From NCBI GenBank assembly GCA_951406725.2, contig OX597830.1, positions 79,732,001-79,796,000 on the forward strand: 64,000 nucleotides of DNA. The letters run 5' to 3'. Made by a program: the position numbers and the translations under genes. The notes under the pieces are model-generated. The model saw only the letters and a program-made list of their open reading frames with translations. It did no database searches and was not told the DNA's origin. Below, one piece after another: positions 32,843 to 47,810 of this stretch; position 1 is the first letter of the stretch; each line of letters opens with the position of its first letter. The DNA comes from Octopus vulgaris. Taxonomy: Eukaryota.

Positions 32843-33981
32843 ACGCTCATACACAGAAGTATGCAGCGACATTTAATATCCTTATTGTCGCCCGTAATTC
32901 AAGTACCATGCAGTTTTGATATAGTTCTTTGTATTCCATTTGAGATTCTTGCTCACTTTCTCATAATTATTCGATGAATCATGTTCTGCTCTATTTTAAA
33001 CAAACCTACACGTTGTATTATTATTTTTACTTCCTAATTCAATGAATAATCACAAATATCTTTGTATAGAAATCAACTTCTGTCTGGTCAAACGATATTT
33101 CAGCAAAGAAGCATTAAACTATATTCACGATAAATGCAGGATAAAACAATGATAATCTTGGCAGCGTTTTCTGGAAGTTGAATGTAGTCTTCGAAGAAGG
33201 CTCAAAAGTACTCCTTAATTTTGGTGATGCATGACCTGTAGGAGCGCAGATATTTCCATCTTGTTATTGGGTATGTAAGGGAATATTAGGGTGTGGATTT
33301 AGCTATATGCATTTAAAATCCTTTTCAATGTAATACTATGATACATTGGTTGTTAGCTGCAAAGTGAAACAAGGATGACAAATACCATAATAGGTTTTGA
33401 CATGTAAATACATAAATAACACACACACACATACACATACAGGCACGCACTCACACATGTGCACATTCTCTCACGCATAAAACCACGTTCAGTCTCCTTT
33501 ATCTCTCTCGGAATTCATGTACCACGCAGATTTATTTAATTTGTTTGTATTCGATTTGAAATGTTTGTTGAAATTCTCATAAATACCCTGCCCTATTTTA
33601 AACATACCCAGGCGTTGCCATGTAACATCAACCCTTAGGAACGAGAAATGCAGCAACAAAATCATTAGCAATTAAGTTTAGGTTGAACCTATTTTCATAC
33701 GTATACACGTACTTGCCGTGCTCCCTATCTACCTGCCTATATACATACACACACGTATATGCATACATACACACATACATGCATGCATGCATACATAGAT
33801 ACATACATATTACATGCATTCATACATACATAAATAACTACCTACATGCACACATGCATGCATACATACATGCATATATATGTATACACTTTATTTTGTG
33901 TGTGTTCGTCTTTGGGTGTCTAAGCGACCTTCGATTTGGGTATATGTGTATATTTGTATAGATCTATCTTTTTCTCCCTGA

Positions 33982-34016
<35 letters not shown>

Positions 34017-34017
<1 letters not shown>

Positions 34018-36283
34018 TAGCTGAAGGTGACCCGCTCTACGCGCGGGTAAGAGTGTGGTTGTTACTTTCTGTTGCTTCCTTTCAGCACGTAAAAAGCACC
34101 ATCCGAACCTGGCCGATTGCAGCGCCGCCTTGACAGGCTTCTGTGCCAGTGGCTCATAAAAAGCGCCAACCGATTGTTACCGCTCCAAGCCCACCTGGCA
34201 CCTGTGCCGGAGGCACGAACAAAGCACCCACTTGGCGTTAAAAATGTCATCCACCTGTAGAAACACTGCCACATCAGACTGGAGCCTGGTGCAGCCTCCT
34301 GGCTTCCCAGACCCCGGTCAAACTGTCCAACCCGTGCTAGCTCGGAAAACGGACGTTAAGCGATGATGATGATGATGATTCTCTCGCTTTGTTTCTCTCT
34401 CCTTTTTCTCTCACTTTCCCTCTCTCTTACTTTTCTTTTCTCTCGGACTCTCCTTCGCTTTCTCTTACTCTCTATCTTTATCTCCCTCCCATTTATAAAC
34501 AACAAAAGATCTTGAGTAAGTTGAGAAATAAAATATTTAGAAAGATCAATCATAAATATCAGGCAGTGGCAACGGAAAGGTCTGCTTCAAGGCAGACAGC
34601 AAAACGCTAACATTTAAAAGGGACAGACGAACTTGCGAGCTGAATAAAAATAATAAAATATTGGAAAGCAAAGTTTGAAGGGATAGAATCTGGGGATAGT
34701 AGAGTCACCATGGCTGGCATTTCTTAACGACGGACAGCAACGTATTGACAGTTTAACGGCTGGCATAAAATTTTGATCTTGATGTAAAAGAAAATTCGTA
34801 AACACTAACTTTTGAAGTGATTCTTTCTCACGACAGTAGACTCACCATGGCAAGCATTCAAAACCTCTTCATCATGGACGGCAACATATTGAAGATTAAA
34901 AGGCTGGCGCAATTTTTTTAGCTTGCTGTAACAGAGAATTCCTAAACACTCGCTCCTTTAAATTTTAATCCCCTTCCAGCCCCATTTATACACCTTTTCA
35001 CATTTTGGTTAATATAACCCGATTTCATTCGGGTCTACTGGGGCAACATTTTATAAGATGAGTAATTTTGTCCTAGAGGTCCCGCCTTTCATTTGAGTAA
35101 AAAATAGTTGTCATGCAAACTTGCCAGCACTTTTAACCATTTCATTACCAAACCGCCCAAAGCCGCCCGAAAAAAATTTTGGTTAATGTGACCACACCGC
35201 CCAAACCCGCCCGTATTTACCTATTTATATTTAAATGAGAATATCAGAGCAAATCTCTTTATTACATTCGTGAAAACACGTGATTATACTTCGTAAACAG
35301 TTCATCTACAGTTTTGTACAACGATCGAAGTGTAATTTTAATTCCGTGAATTTTGGGAGATTTTTTTCCGAAATTTGTTTCTATTGTGATTTCAAAATTT
35401 GTAATTCTGACAGGAAATGGATACGAATTTCATCATATCAAGCAGCGAGTCAGAATTCGAAGGATTTTCTACTGAAGACCTTGATAAATTTAACTCTATG
35501 ACTGAAAAAAAAAACAGGACGTGGTATTTGATAATGGATCGGATGTTTCATTTTCCGAAAGTGAAAACAGTGAATCCGAGAGCTCCGACAGCGATAAAGA
35601 AAATGAATTGGCACCTGAATGGAGTGAAAATTGAAAAACTGTTTCTTTCGGTGATTTTTCTGAAGAAACTGGACCAAGCCACAGACTTTCCCAGGAGAGT
35701 AAAGCCTTAGACTATTTCTTTTTACTTTTTCGAATGAACCTATTTGAAATCATTACGGCGGAAACGAACCGTTACGCTAAATGTAAACAAAGCGAAAGAA
35801 AGGATAGTTAGTGGTTTCCCACAACCTTAAATGAAATTAAGACTATTTTGCCATAAATATTATTATGGGTATCAGAAAGTTACCCAGAATAACAAATTCT
35901 ATCGTAAAATTTTGTTGTATACCCAATTGAATATTAGCTAATAACTCATTTTCTATAGCGATGTTTGAACAAAACTTTGATAATTTTATATTTTGTTGAA
36001 TTTACCTGTTTCTACCTGTAATTAGAGTCACTTTGTGACAAAAATCGTAGTATAGAATTGTTTGAGAACATTTCATTAAATTATCTTCCAAAAATCAAAT
36101 TAATATATTGATAAATAAAAATGTTATAGTTGTTTAATGAAACCAAACTAAATTTATGATTACGTTAGAACTTACTTGAAACACATAAGGGGTGTATTTT
36201 GGTCAGAAATATAGTATCGAAAGGGTTCATAGGTGTGCATATTTTCAGCTGAACCGACCGACCATATAATGCACACTTTATAC

Positions 36284-36349
<66 letters not shown>

Positions 36350-37066
36350 ACGCATTATATTTACAAATTATATATATATGTATAAATTAAATTTGAGAAA
36401 AAAACCACTCAGAGGCAAAAAAACAAAAACAAAAACATAAAAATTAAAATATTATATAGAAAATATAGAATATTGAAAACTTTCAATTATTTAAATTTAG
36501 AATAAAAATTATTAAATTATATTTATAATTTGTTTTAAAATATATATAACTATCAAAAAGTATTAAAAAGTTTAATATACATAAATACAGTTATATACAC
36601 TTTGTATATTTACATTATATATACATATTTATATATCGAACACACACACACACACACACATATATAAATGAACGCAATGAATATCTGATTCATAATATTT
36701 GTTCTCATGATTGTGTGTTGTTGGTGGCAATGATAATACTCCCTATGAATGCAGGCAGATAGATCAAAGAACGCCGTCTGACGAACTTATAAAGGAAAAG
36801 TGAAAGGGAGTTGAAGGGAATACATTAAATAACGGGAGTGGAATTGTCAAAGTTATACAATGAAGGGGAGTAAAGGGGAATGGAGGAAATAGCGTGAGTG
36901 AGAAAGATGGCCCCTAGCAACCACACCTTTCAAGATAGGGATTTCTAACGTCGCCCACAGGCATCGTCACCTCATTCTACATGTCCCTGTAAATTTTAGA
37001 GCGAATCGGACGGGACGTTGTGGCATTGAAAGCGAGCCAAACGGTAAAAATGCATTTCAGTTTTAT
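34017..37066 (-). mobile_element. Non-autonomous Helitron, copy 4
   Basis: Same termini and content as copy 1. Confidence 0.8.
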
Positions 37067-37069
37067 ATA

Positions 37070-37147
<78 letters not shown>

Positions 37148-37936
37148 CGTGTTACCATTTAGTCCTTTTGCAACATTGAAATAGACCTTCCGGTACTTAT
37201 GCCCTGTGTGATCATTCTTTACTATTATGCATATATTCGGGTATATTTCTATTTATATTTATTTTCCAGCTGCTAATGCACTCTGTCAATCAATTCACAG
37301 ACTGACCATTTCCAAAGACACCCATCTTCATATCTGTCTTACATCCCCCTCCCTCTCTTCTGTACTTTCTTTCTCACCATCTTTCTTTCCTTTCTCTCCT
37401 CTATTGTTTTGAGGAGTATTTATTCTCCCTTTATCATTTCACTTAAATATAATTTCAAACTATTTCCTTTACTTTTCACAGACTGACCATTTCCAAAGAT
37501 AAACTTTTTATAGTCTTCTTCCTTCCCCCTCCCTCTTTCATGTGCTTTCTCCTTCTCACCACGCTTACTTTCTGTCTCTCGTCTACTTTATGTCTTTGTG
37601 AGTATTTATTTATTTATTTATCTATTCATTTATTTATTTATTATTTGTGTCTTTACTATTTCTCTTAACATGATTTTATTTTAAAATATTTTACTCTTTT
37701 TACTCTTTTACTCTCTTACTTGTTTCAGTCATTTGGCTGCTGCCATGCTGGAGCACAGCCTTTAGTCGAGCAAATCGACACCAGGACTTATTCTTTGTAA
37801 GCCTAGTACTTGTTATAACGGGGTCTTTTGCCGAACCGCTAAGTTACGGGGACGTAAACACACCAGCATCGGTTGTCAAGCGATGTTGGGGGGACAAACA
37901 TAGACACGCTAACATATACACAAACACATACGTATG

Positions 37937-37988
<52 letters not shown>

Positions 37989-38382
37989 CGATAGATTTCT
38001 TTCATTTTCCGTCTACCAAATCCACTGACAAGGTATTGGTCAGCCCGAGGCTTTAGAAGACACTTGCCCAAGGCGCCACACAGTGGGACTGAACCCGGAA
38101 CCATGTGGTTCGTAAGCAAGCTACTTACCACACAGCCACTCCTACGCCTATTTTGTTTAATTTTTATTCAGTTTCCCACTTCAGTCCTTCTCATCTTTCA
38201 TTCTTTCTTTTCATAATTACAATATTGTCGTTTTCTCTCTCACATTTTTCTTTCTTTCTTCGTCTCCCTTTATCTTTCTCTGATCATATCTTTTTCATCC
38301 TTCCCTCTCAAAATTCTTATAAAATCTCGCGCCATCTGCCCAACTCAACACATTAGGCGTATATAACGTGATGCAGTAAGAT

Positions 38383-38478
38383 GTTCCCTGATGATCCGTT
38401 GTTGTTAAGAATCCATTCCACTTGAAACATCCAATGCAGTGTCGCAAAGAACTAGAATAGTGAAACGTACGTTGGAAC
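38383..38478 (+). ncRNA. Hammerhead-like motif, unit 5
   Basis: Same sequence as 11991-12086. Confidence 0.55.
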
Positions 38479-39282
38479 GAACAATCTAGCCTTGAGTTTA
38501 TCGGAATTGGTCATGCATATATATGCGTGTGTGTGTATGTTCGTGCAGGCGTAAATGTATTCGTAAATATTGACATACAGACTTAACATCGATAATTATT
38601 GTTAAGATATTGCTCAAAAATACGTTTTATCGCTGTCGAGCCTGTTGAGGGTGAGAGAGATGAGTAACAGGAAAAGATAATTAACGGAATTATAATTGCT
38701 GGAAGCTGTAGCGACACGGTATACAATGTTTTGATTAGAAGATATTTCTAATTAAATGAAAGTCTCCGCCACATCACATCGCAATTCGAAGGCAAAGCAT
38801 TTGAAATCCAAAAGCGAGAGATTGATAGGAAATAATTAATAAGCGAAAGATACAGTGAAGCCCTAGCAGTCTGAATACATTTTAGGGGTTACTGATTGCA
38901 TGGGACATATTTTCAGTTAAACTTAGAAACTTTTCTTTACAACCTTGATAATATGTAGCTGCCTGGTCAATATTGAAAAGAGAAAGCAAATCTTTACATA
39001 GATATATACATACAAACATACACACATAAATACCTACGTACATATACATACATACGTACATATACATACAAACATACATACATACATACATACATACATA
39101 CATACATACATACATACATACATACATACATACATACATACATACATGTATACATGTATGCATGCATATATAATTAAACTGCCCTGGTTGCTAGCTGTAA
39201 GGTGAAACAAGGAAGGATGTGTAGGATTACAGGATTTGAGAGGTAAATATATCAATCAGACACACAAACACTCACATACATA

Positions 39283-39369
<87 letters not shown>

Positions 39370-41039
39370 ACGCTCATACACAGAAGTATGCAGCGACATT
39401 CAATATCCTTATTGTCGCTCGTAATTCAAGTACCATGCAGTTTTGATATACTTCTTCGTATTCCATTTGAGATTCTTGCTCACATTCTCATAATTAATCG
39501 GTGAATCATGTTCTGCTCTATTTTAAACAAACCTACACGTTGTATTATTATTTTTACTTCCTAATTCAATGAATAATCACAAATATCTTTGTATAGAAAT
39601 CAACTTCTGTCTGGGCAAACGATATTTCAGCAAAGAAGCATTTAACTATATTCACGATGAGTGCAGGATAAAACAATGATAATCTTGGCAGCGTTTTCTG
39701 GAAGTTGAATGTAGTCTTCGAAGAAGGCTCAAAAGTACTCCTTAATTTTGATGATGCATGACCTGTAGGAGCGCAGATATTTCCATCTTGGTATTGGGTA
39801 TGTAAGGGAATATTAGGGTGTGCATTTAGCTATATGCATTTAAAAATCCTTTCCAATTTGATACTATGATACATTGGTTGTTAGCTGCAAAGTAAAACAA
39901 GGATGACAAATATCATAATAGGTTTTGACATGTAAATACATAAATAACACACACACACATACACATACAGGCACGCACTCACACATGTGCACATTCTCTC
40001 ACGCATAAAACCACGTTCAGTCTCCTTTATCTCTCTCGGAATTCATGTACCACGCAGATTTATTTAATTTGTTTGTATTCGATTTGAAATGTTTGTTGAA
40101 ATTCTCATAAATACCCTGCCCTATTTTAAATATACCCAGGCGTTGCCATGTAACATCAACCCGTAGCAACGAGAAATGCAGCAACAAAATCATTAGCAAT
40201 AAAGTTTAGGTTGAACCTATTTTCATAGGTATACACGTACTTGCCGTGCTCCCTATCTACCTGTCTATATACATACACACACGCATATGCATACATACAC
40301 ACATACATGCATGCATGCATACATAGATACACACATATTACATGCATTCATACATACATAAATACCTACCTACATGCACACATGCATACATACATACATG
40401 CATATATATATATACACTTTATTTTGTGTGTGTTCGTCTTTGGGTGTCTAAGCGACCTTCGATTTGGGTATATGTGTATATTTGTATAGATCTATCTTTT
40501 TCTCCCTCAAACAATATATATATATATATACGTGTTACGATTTAGTCCTTTTGCAACATTGAAATAGACCTTCCGGTACTTATGCCCTGTATGATCATAC
40601 CCTACTTTTATTCATATATTCGGGTATATTTCTATTTATATTTATTTTCCAACTGCTAATGCTCTCTATCAATCAATTCACAGACTGACCATTTCCAAAG
40701 ACACCCATCTTTATATCTGTCTTACATACCCCTCCCCTCTCTTCTGTACTTTCTTTCTCACCATCTTTCTTTCCTTTCTCTCCTCTATTGTTTTGAGGAG
40801 TATTTATTCTCCCTTTATCATTTCTCTTAAATATAATTTCAAACTATTTCCTTTACTTTTCACAGACTGATATTTCCTAAGATACCCTTTTTTTCTATTT
40901 CTCCTACATCCCCCTCCCTCTCGCATGTGCTCCCTCTTTCTCTCCATGCTTCCTTTCTGTCTGTCATTGAGTCCCCGATGTCATATCTAATCAAACATAA
41001 CAGCCATAACAGCCTTAACAGCCATCAGACATAACAGCC

Positions 41040-41600
41040 ATAGGAATGGTTTCAATAACATCTCTTATCTTTTCTTTGTTAATGATCTGAAGCAGTATGA
41101 GCCAAATATTAATCACGATAAAGAGCAACTGGATCTCATAATCCGTTTCTCAAAAGATATCGGAATGGAATTTGTTGTGTCCAAATGTAAACTTTGAGAG
41201 ACAAAATTTGGTAACCTTTTCCCCCTCTCCAACACATTAAACATTAACCACCTAGAAATACAGCCTCAGCTCTCTGGGAAAAGTTACAAATCTCTTGAAC
41301 AGGATGAGAATGTCGGATCCATCAATAAGGAGAGGACAAACTATAAGTACTTGAAGAGGGTAAAAAACTATGGTCATCTGAACTCTCAGCTTACAACACG
41401 TGTACTACTCCTTTGCAGTGCTTTTCCTCACACCTACACTATACGTTCTGAACTGGTCACTATCAGAACTCAGTGAGATAGATATAGATCCCATGAGCTG
41501 CTAGGTGGTACGGAAACTTCAAATCCATTGGAGATTTTGATAGGCTATACTTCTCAAGCATGTATGGTGGCCGTGGTCTCAAACACCAGCTTCTATAATG
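41040..41600 (+). mobile_element. Decayed R4/Dong-like RT fragment
   Basis: ISYLFFVNDLKQY, RFSKDIGMEFVVSKC, SYKSLEQDEN and GGRGL remnants. Confidence 0.7.
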
Positions 41601-42689
41601 GCTGAGTCAATAAAAATGGAATCTACAATAATGAGGAAAGTACAAAAGATAAATTGATCATCCCCAAATAGAGAAACGAACTAGGATAATGTTTAAATTT
41701 GAGCTTTCAGCATTTAACACAATTATTTACTTCGCTAGTTAAGGTAGTATCTTAATAAATAAGACATTTATTATTAGTTGTAACACTTCGAAGAGTGTCA
41801 ACAATTAATCGTAAAATGCGAGTGACTGATTTTCATTTATTCTTTCATTCATGGAGAATATGAAACAGAAACATTTATGTAATGGTAATCCACTAGCAAC
41901 CAACAATGACCAGTGTCCAGGCAAAATGCCGGCATTGCCCGTGCATGTGGTCCTTGCACCCACTGTTGGCTTCACAAAAGTTCACGCCCGCTTCGCCTCT
42001 CTACTGGACTGGGTATCAGAGAGTCGCCTCGTTGGCAATTGCACAACCTACAATCTTAGGTCCAATAAGGCTTCACAACACCTCACAGGCCCTCTTCACC
42101 ACTCATCTTTGATGATCCAGAGAAAAGCCAACGCAAGATATCCAGTGCAACCACGGGTCGCAGGCCCGTTGTTGCACTGGATATGGAGGACCATACTCAC
42201 AAGTGCAAACAAAAGATCTTCAAAATGTTCAATGCCGTTCCCTATATATTTTTAATTCAGAGTGACTTTCTCCCAGGGGTCTTCCAATTCACCGGACACC
42301 AACGCGGGATTTCTGAGATCCAGTACTGTTGCAAGATAGTTGTTGAACATACACAAGGTTCATCTGTCCCTTTGGCAAGTCTTGTTTTTAGTCCTGCTGG
42401 GTTTCTAGTATCCCTCCTGATCAGGCAAGCCTAGTGGTGAAGCCGGTTGAGTCGTCCATTACTCGACCATGTAACAACTTCACTGGATTCCATGTTACTG
42501 GTAGCACTCATGAGAAACCTCACATGACACACACACACACGCACACACACACACACACACACAGGGTAAGAAATTTCCATGAAGAGATTTTCACTGAGTA
42601 ATAAGTTGAAGGGGTGAGAAATATCAAACATATAGTAAAAGAAGGAAAATGCACACAATCTATATACTTTTAATATATTTTATAATAGA

Positions 42690-43300
42690 GTATTATCATA
42701 GTCTACCGGTTTCGCGTTTTGCTAATTATGGCTGGGAAATCGGTGGAAATACTGCAATTTCATAGCATTTTAAGGAGTTTTTAGTCAATTTTGTTTGCAT
42801 TAGAGATTGCTTGAAAATGAACCAGTATGTCAAAAAATCTAAGGAGAGGTAATTGGTGATTGTTATTTCTCGCGGAACACTTTTTGTGGGTTACACTTTT
42901 GGGGGAGGGTAAATTTACAGTATTTATACTACGAAGTTGGTTATGCGTTCATGAATTAAATATTTAAAAAATCCAAAATTGGTTATGCCTTCATATCCAG
43001 ATACGGTTTGTATTTTTCATTTTATTTAATCATTCTTATACAGAGATTGTTTCCCTGCACTTGTAGAAGGGGAAATTCCCTGCACATCTCTATTTGTTCG
43101 CTGAATGATATGTATTTGCACCTTGGGAAATGAATCTTTTCTTTAGGAAATATAGTTCTCCGTCTAAGTGGCATCTTTGTTTGGCCTATATAGTTGTGTC
43201 GGCATCCTGAACAAGTTAATACATAAATAAAAAAAAACTTGGCAAGCACAAATGAAATTAATCCTAATTGTAAATCCCTGTCGTTTTTTGAAGTGAATTC
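42690..43300 (-). mobile_element. Penelope-like element 3' fragment (GIY-YIG endonuclease remnant)
   Basis: ORF 43022-43249 contains IYVLTCSGCRHNYIGQTKMPLRRR (GIY-CxxC-YIG pattern); a GAAACCGGTA hammerhead-like half lies downstream at ~42704-42713. Confidence 0.65.
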
Positions 43301-43433
43301 CGAGCCAAATAGGTTGAAGCATGTATGTATGTATGTATGTATGTATGTATGTATGTATGTATATATGTATGTTTGTATGTATGTATGTATGTATGTATGT
43401 ATGTATGTGTGTGTGTGTGTGTGTATGTGTGTG

Positions 43434-43520
<87 letters not shown>

Positions 43521-44026
43521 GAACGTGGTTTGCCTCTGGGGAATAATTCGCCATCAAAAGGGAGATAATCTTTTCTTAGTTAGACAAAGTTGAAGAAATT
43601 ATATATTTAATTTTTTAGCTTAAAAGGTTTTTAAAATGTTTCTTACACAAAATAGAACAAAGCTCCTAGATATTTTTGCCGTTGGTAGCCGTGTACATAA
43701 TTTCTTTATCTGTGAATTAAGGCTACCATTGGTTTCATGTTAAGAAAAGTAGGAAAATATCCTTGTGTCTAGACAAGTTTTCAAGTCTATCACATGAAGG
43801 TGTTCGACTCCATTTTGGAAAACAGTCTTCTACTTGTATGTTGAGGTAGTACCTCAACATACTAGTAGAAGGAAACCATGCTCACAACAAAAACAAATTA
43901 ATAACGTACAATAACTAGCCATTGATTCATTGTTTTACTGTGTATGTATATCTCTGTCTATGTCTCTATGTATCTCTGAAGATGAGGATGAGTGTGTGTG
44001 TGTGTATAGGTATAGCTATACTTTTG

Positions 44027-44061
<35 letters not shown>

Positions 44062-44540
44062 CTATGTACATGTGCTTATGTCTGTATAGCCATATATGTT
44101 GTTGACATACAATCTTTGCACTAGTTGAGCGTCATATAATAAATAATATATTTCTGTTGTTTGACAAAACATGTGAAAGTTATATTGAACGTTCTTGATT
44201 GGCTGGTAAATCATGTATCAATTATTATTATATAAATGATGAGGTTAATGTTCAAATTAATATTTAAATATATTTTGTATATTCAGAATTTTCTAATATG
44301 TATATTGGTTCTATATTTAGAAATATGCCTTTGTTCTGAATCTAACTTGATAAAGGTTAATGATCTGACAATGATGTATATATAATCATATCAAAGGGAA
44401 ATAGAATTTAATTAAAATTATAAACATTTAATCAAAATTTACATTTCCAGTGGTCTAACGTGTAAAACAATTAGTCAAAAAGACTATATATTAGTCATAC
44501 TACATATTGTATATTTAAACACATAAGGAATCATGACGAC

Positions 44541-44607
<67 letters not shown>

Positions 44608-44905
44608 GAGAGAGAAAGAGAGAGAGAGAGAAGATCAAGTCAATCTCTATCTCTCTTGCTTACTCTTGTGGTTTCGACCTCGAACCCACAAGTGTAAACA
44701 AGGGAGACAGAGGCAGGCAGAAACAAGGAAAATGCCTCTTGTATTTGAATACTATGCAAATATTCTTTTAAAATACTTTTCATTTAATTTTTTACAAATT
44801 TCCATACTTGCAGCTGAAAAAGTCTCAATGAACGGAACCGGTACTGAAATGTTTTTTATAAAATTATTTTAGCATTTTCTATCTTGACTTTTTTCCATAT
44901 ATATA

Positions 44906-44942
<37 letters not shown>

Positions 44943-45429
44943 ATATATATATATATATACATTTATATATGTATAGGCATATATGTGTATATATGTGTAT
45001 GTATGGGTGTATATGAGTCTGAATGGGTGTGTATGTATGTGTATGCATGAATTTATGTATATGTATATGTGTCTGTGTGTATTGATGTTTATGTCTATGA
45101 GTGGGTGTTTAGTTGTCGATATATGTAAATCATATTTATATAGACAACTATATAAAGTAGAATTTAGAAATATTAACTTATACTATAATTAAAGTAAGGT
45201 TAACAATTAGCAAAGAAGATTCGGTTTACGGAACATAATGTCATGCAGTTTTTGTTTGTATACTATTGCTGAGCGTAATAATTTAGATTAGTCATTTTGT
45301 TTGAAGTGTATTCTATCTACCTCCTACACACACGCAGATTCCTGACAGCGAAAATGCTCCTAACGGTTTAATAGAGATTTGCGTTATTTTTATTTACCAA
45401 AATGTTGTAACAAGGAACTTTCTCTTAAG

Positions 45430-45551
45430 TTCCCTGATGAAGCTGTTTTCCTAAATGCATTGTATTGATTAATTATTTAATTATTGAATCATTTAATTAT
45501 ATAATCATAAACGGATATGCTCTTGGTAAATTAGCTGAAAGATGTGTCGGA
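45430..45551 (+). ncRNA. Degenerate type I hammerhead-like motif with ~95-nt extended stem II
   Basis: TCC CTGATGA AGCTG...TAGCT GAAA gATGT GTC GGA; the intervening sequence has nested complementary blocks (TTTTCC/GGTAAA, GCAT/ATGC, TGATTA/TAATCA). Confidence 0.5.
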
Positions 45552-45685
45552 TATTTTATTTACTTATTAATCTTTTGTGAACTTTATAGATATTAGGAGA
45601 AATAAATAATTAATTGCTATACCACTTTTCCATTGTGAACTTTATTTTATGCACACAGACACAGACATATACACATACACACTCA

Positions 45686-45768
<83 letters not shown>

Positions 45769-45909
45769 GAGGGTTTACCCGAAAGAAACCGGAATTTTAC
45801 AATATTATTGTATTCATATAGTTTTACATGTTTACACTTTTATTGCCTACAAAGTATTTTCTACATTATTTACATTTGACGGATATTTGTCCTCATCTTG
45901 TTTCTTGTT

Positions 45910-45955
45910 AACACAACGTTTCGGCTGATATACTCTCCAGCCTTCATCAGGTGTC
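45910..45955 (-). ncRNA. Minimal type I hammerhead ribozyme, canonical core (PLE-type)
   Basis: GACAC CTGATGA A GGCTG gagagtatat CAGCC GAA ACGT T GTGTT: stems I and II intact, palindromic ACGT stem III. Confidence 0.8.
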
Positions 45956-46011
45956 TTGGGGAAATTTCGAACCTGGGTTCTCATTCCTAAGGTATTTTTC
46001 AATGTTGTTAC

Positions 46012-46086
<75 letters not shown>

Positions 46087-46088
<2 letters not shown>

Positions 46089-47810
46089 TCAGTAGTTTTA
46101 TTTTTATAGCGTGCTTTCATTTCACTACCGAGCGCAGCTCTGTGTGCCTTGGGTATGTGCTGTGATTTGTTGTGATGCTCTGATGGTTATTGTATGGAAA
46201 GTGTTCTGCGTAGGATGTGTGCAGTGCCTAGTAGTGCAATTTTCTGTATGTTATATGTGTTTGTAAGTCCTGGTGTTTTTGTTATGTATTTGTCTGATTA
46301 TTTTTTTATCATGCCTAATGCACCTACTATGATAGGAATTGTTTCTGTTTTCAGATTCCACATTCTAGTTACCTCTATTTCCAGGTCTTTGTATTTTGAG
46401 AGTTTCTCAATTTCTTTTATAGACACGTTGTCATCTGCCGGTATTGATACATCAATTAGAAAGCATTTTTTTTCTTCATGATCTCTGACAACTATACCTG
46501 GTCTGTTGGCCTTAATTTCTCTATCTGTGTGTATCGGCATATCCCAGAGTATGGTTGCTTTCTCGTTTTCTGTGACCTTTTCTGGTGTGTGCCTATACCA
46601 TCTTTTTTCTGTTGTTATTCCATAATGTTGGCATAGCTTCCAATGTATGTAGGTTCCAACTCTGTCATGTCTGTGAATATATTCCTTCTTAGCCAGGACT
46701 GGGCAGCTAGAGATAATATGATTTATTGTTTCTTGTCCATCTCCACATATTCTCCAGTTACATATAATATTTCTTTTCATTATATGTTTTTGGTAATTTC
46801 TGGTTGGGAGGCTTTGATCTTGTGCTGCAATTAAAAATCCCTCTGTCTCTGCTTTGAGTCCTGAGCTTCTCAACCATTGCTGGGATTTTTCATTGTCTAT
46901 TTCTTTTGCGTTTAGTTTAGTCCAGTATTTACCATGAAGGGGCTTTTCTTGCCATCGTTTTATCATGGTTCGTTGCTGTTCTATTTTTAGTTTGGATTTC
47001 ATTTGTTTTATAGCTTTTGTTGTTTCTTCATCATCTTCTTCTTCTTCTTCTTCGTGTTTATTAGGTGGTATGATTTTCTGTTTGTATTTGTCAGCTTCCT
47101 TAAATACTGAGAACAGTTTTTTATTTTGCTCGTGTTTTGCCGCTATTTGTATCAGTCTTCCTTCCTTCTGAAGTAGATATTTTTGCAGTTCTATGGTGGT
47201 TATTTTATAGTAGTTTTCCAGATGTGTAAGGCCCCTACCACCATCTATACGTTGTATATATAGTCTTTCTATGTCAGATTTCGGGTGAGGCATCATAGAT
47301 CCTGTCATTATTTTTCTTGTTTTCCTATCTATTTTGGTCAGTTCATTTCGTGTCCAGTTAAGGATATTGTAGCTGTAACTTATAACTGGGACAGCTAAAG
47401 TGTTAATACCTATTAACTTGTTTTTAGCATTGAGCTCTGTTTTTAGTAATGATCTAACTCGTCTATAATATTCTTTTTTTATTTTCTCTTTCATTTGTGT
47501 ATGTTGTGTCTTATCTAGTTCATAGATTCCTAAGTATTTGTAAGTTTGGCTTTGGTCTAATTCTTTTATTTCATTGGTTTTATCTAGTGTGATGTTACTA
47601 CTCTTAACTAGTTTTTCTCTTTTCATGGTTACTTTGGCGCATTTTTCTAATCCAAATTTCATATCTATTTCTTTTGTAAATCCATGAACTGTCTTTAATA
47701 GTGTTTCCGGCTGTTTGTCATTTGCAGCGTATAGTTTTAGGTCATCCATATATAAAAGGCGGCCGATCGTTTTGCCGTAACATTTATATCCGCATCCAGT
47801 TCTATGTGCG
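46087..47810 (-). mobile_element. 5'-truncated R4/Dong-clade non-LTR retrotransposon ending at a (TAA)n tract
   Basis: RT + CCHC + restriction-like endonuclease ORF, short 3' UTR, then (TAA)n at 46013-46086. Confidence 0.9.
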
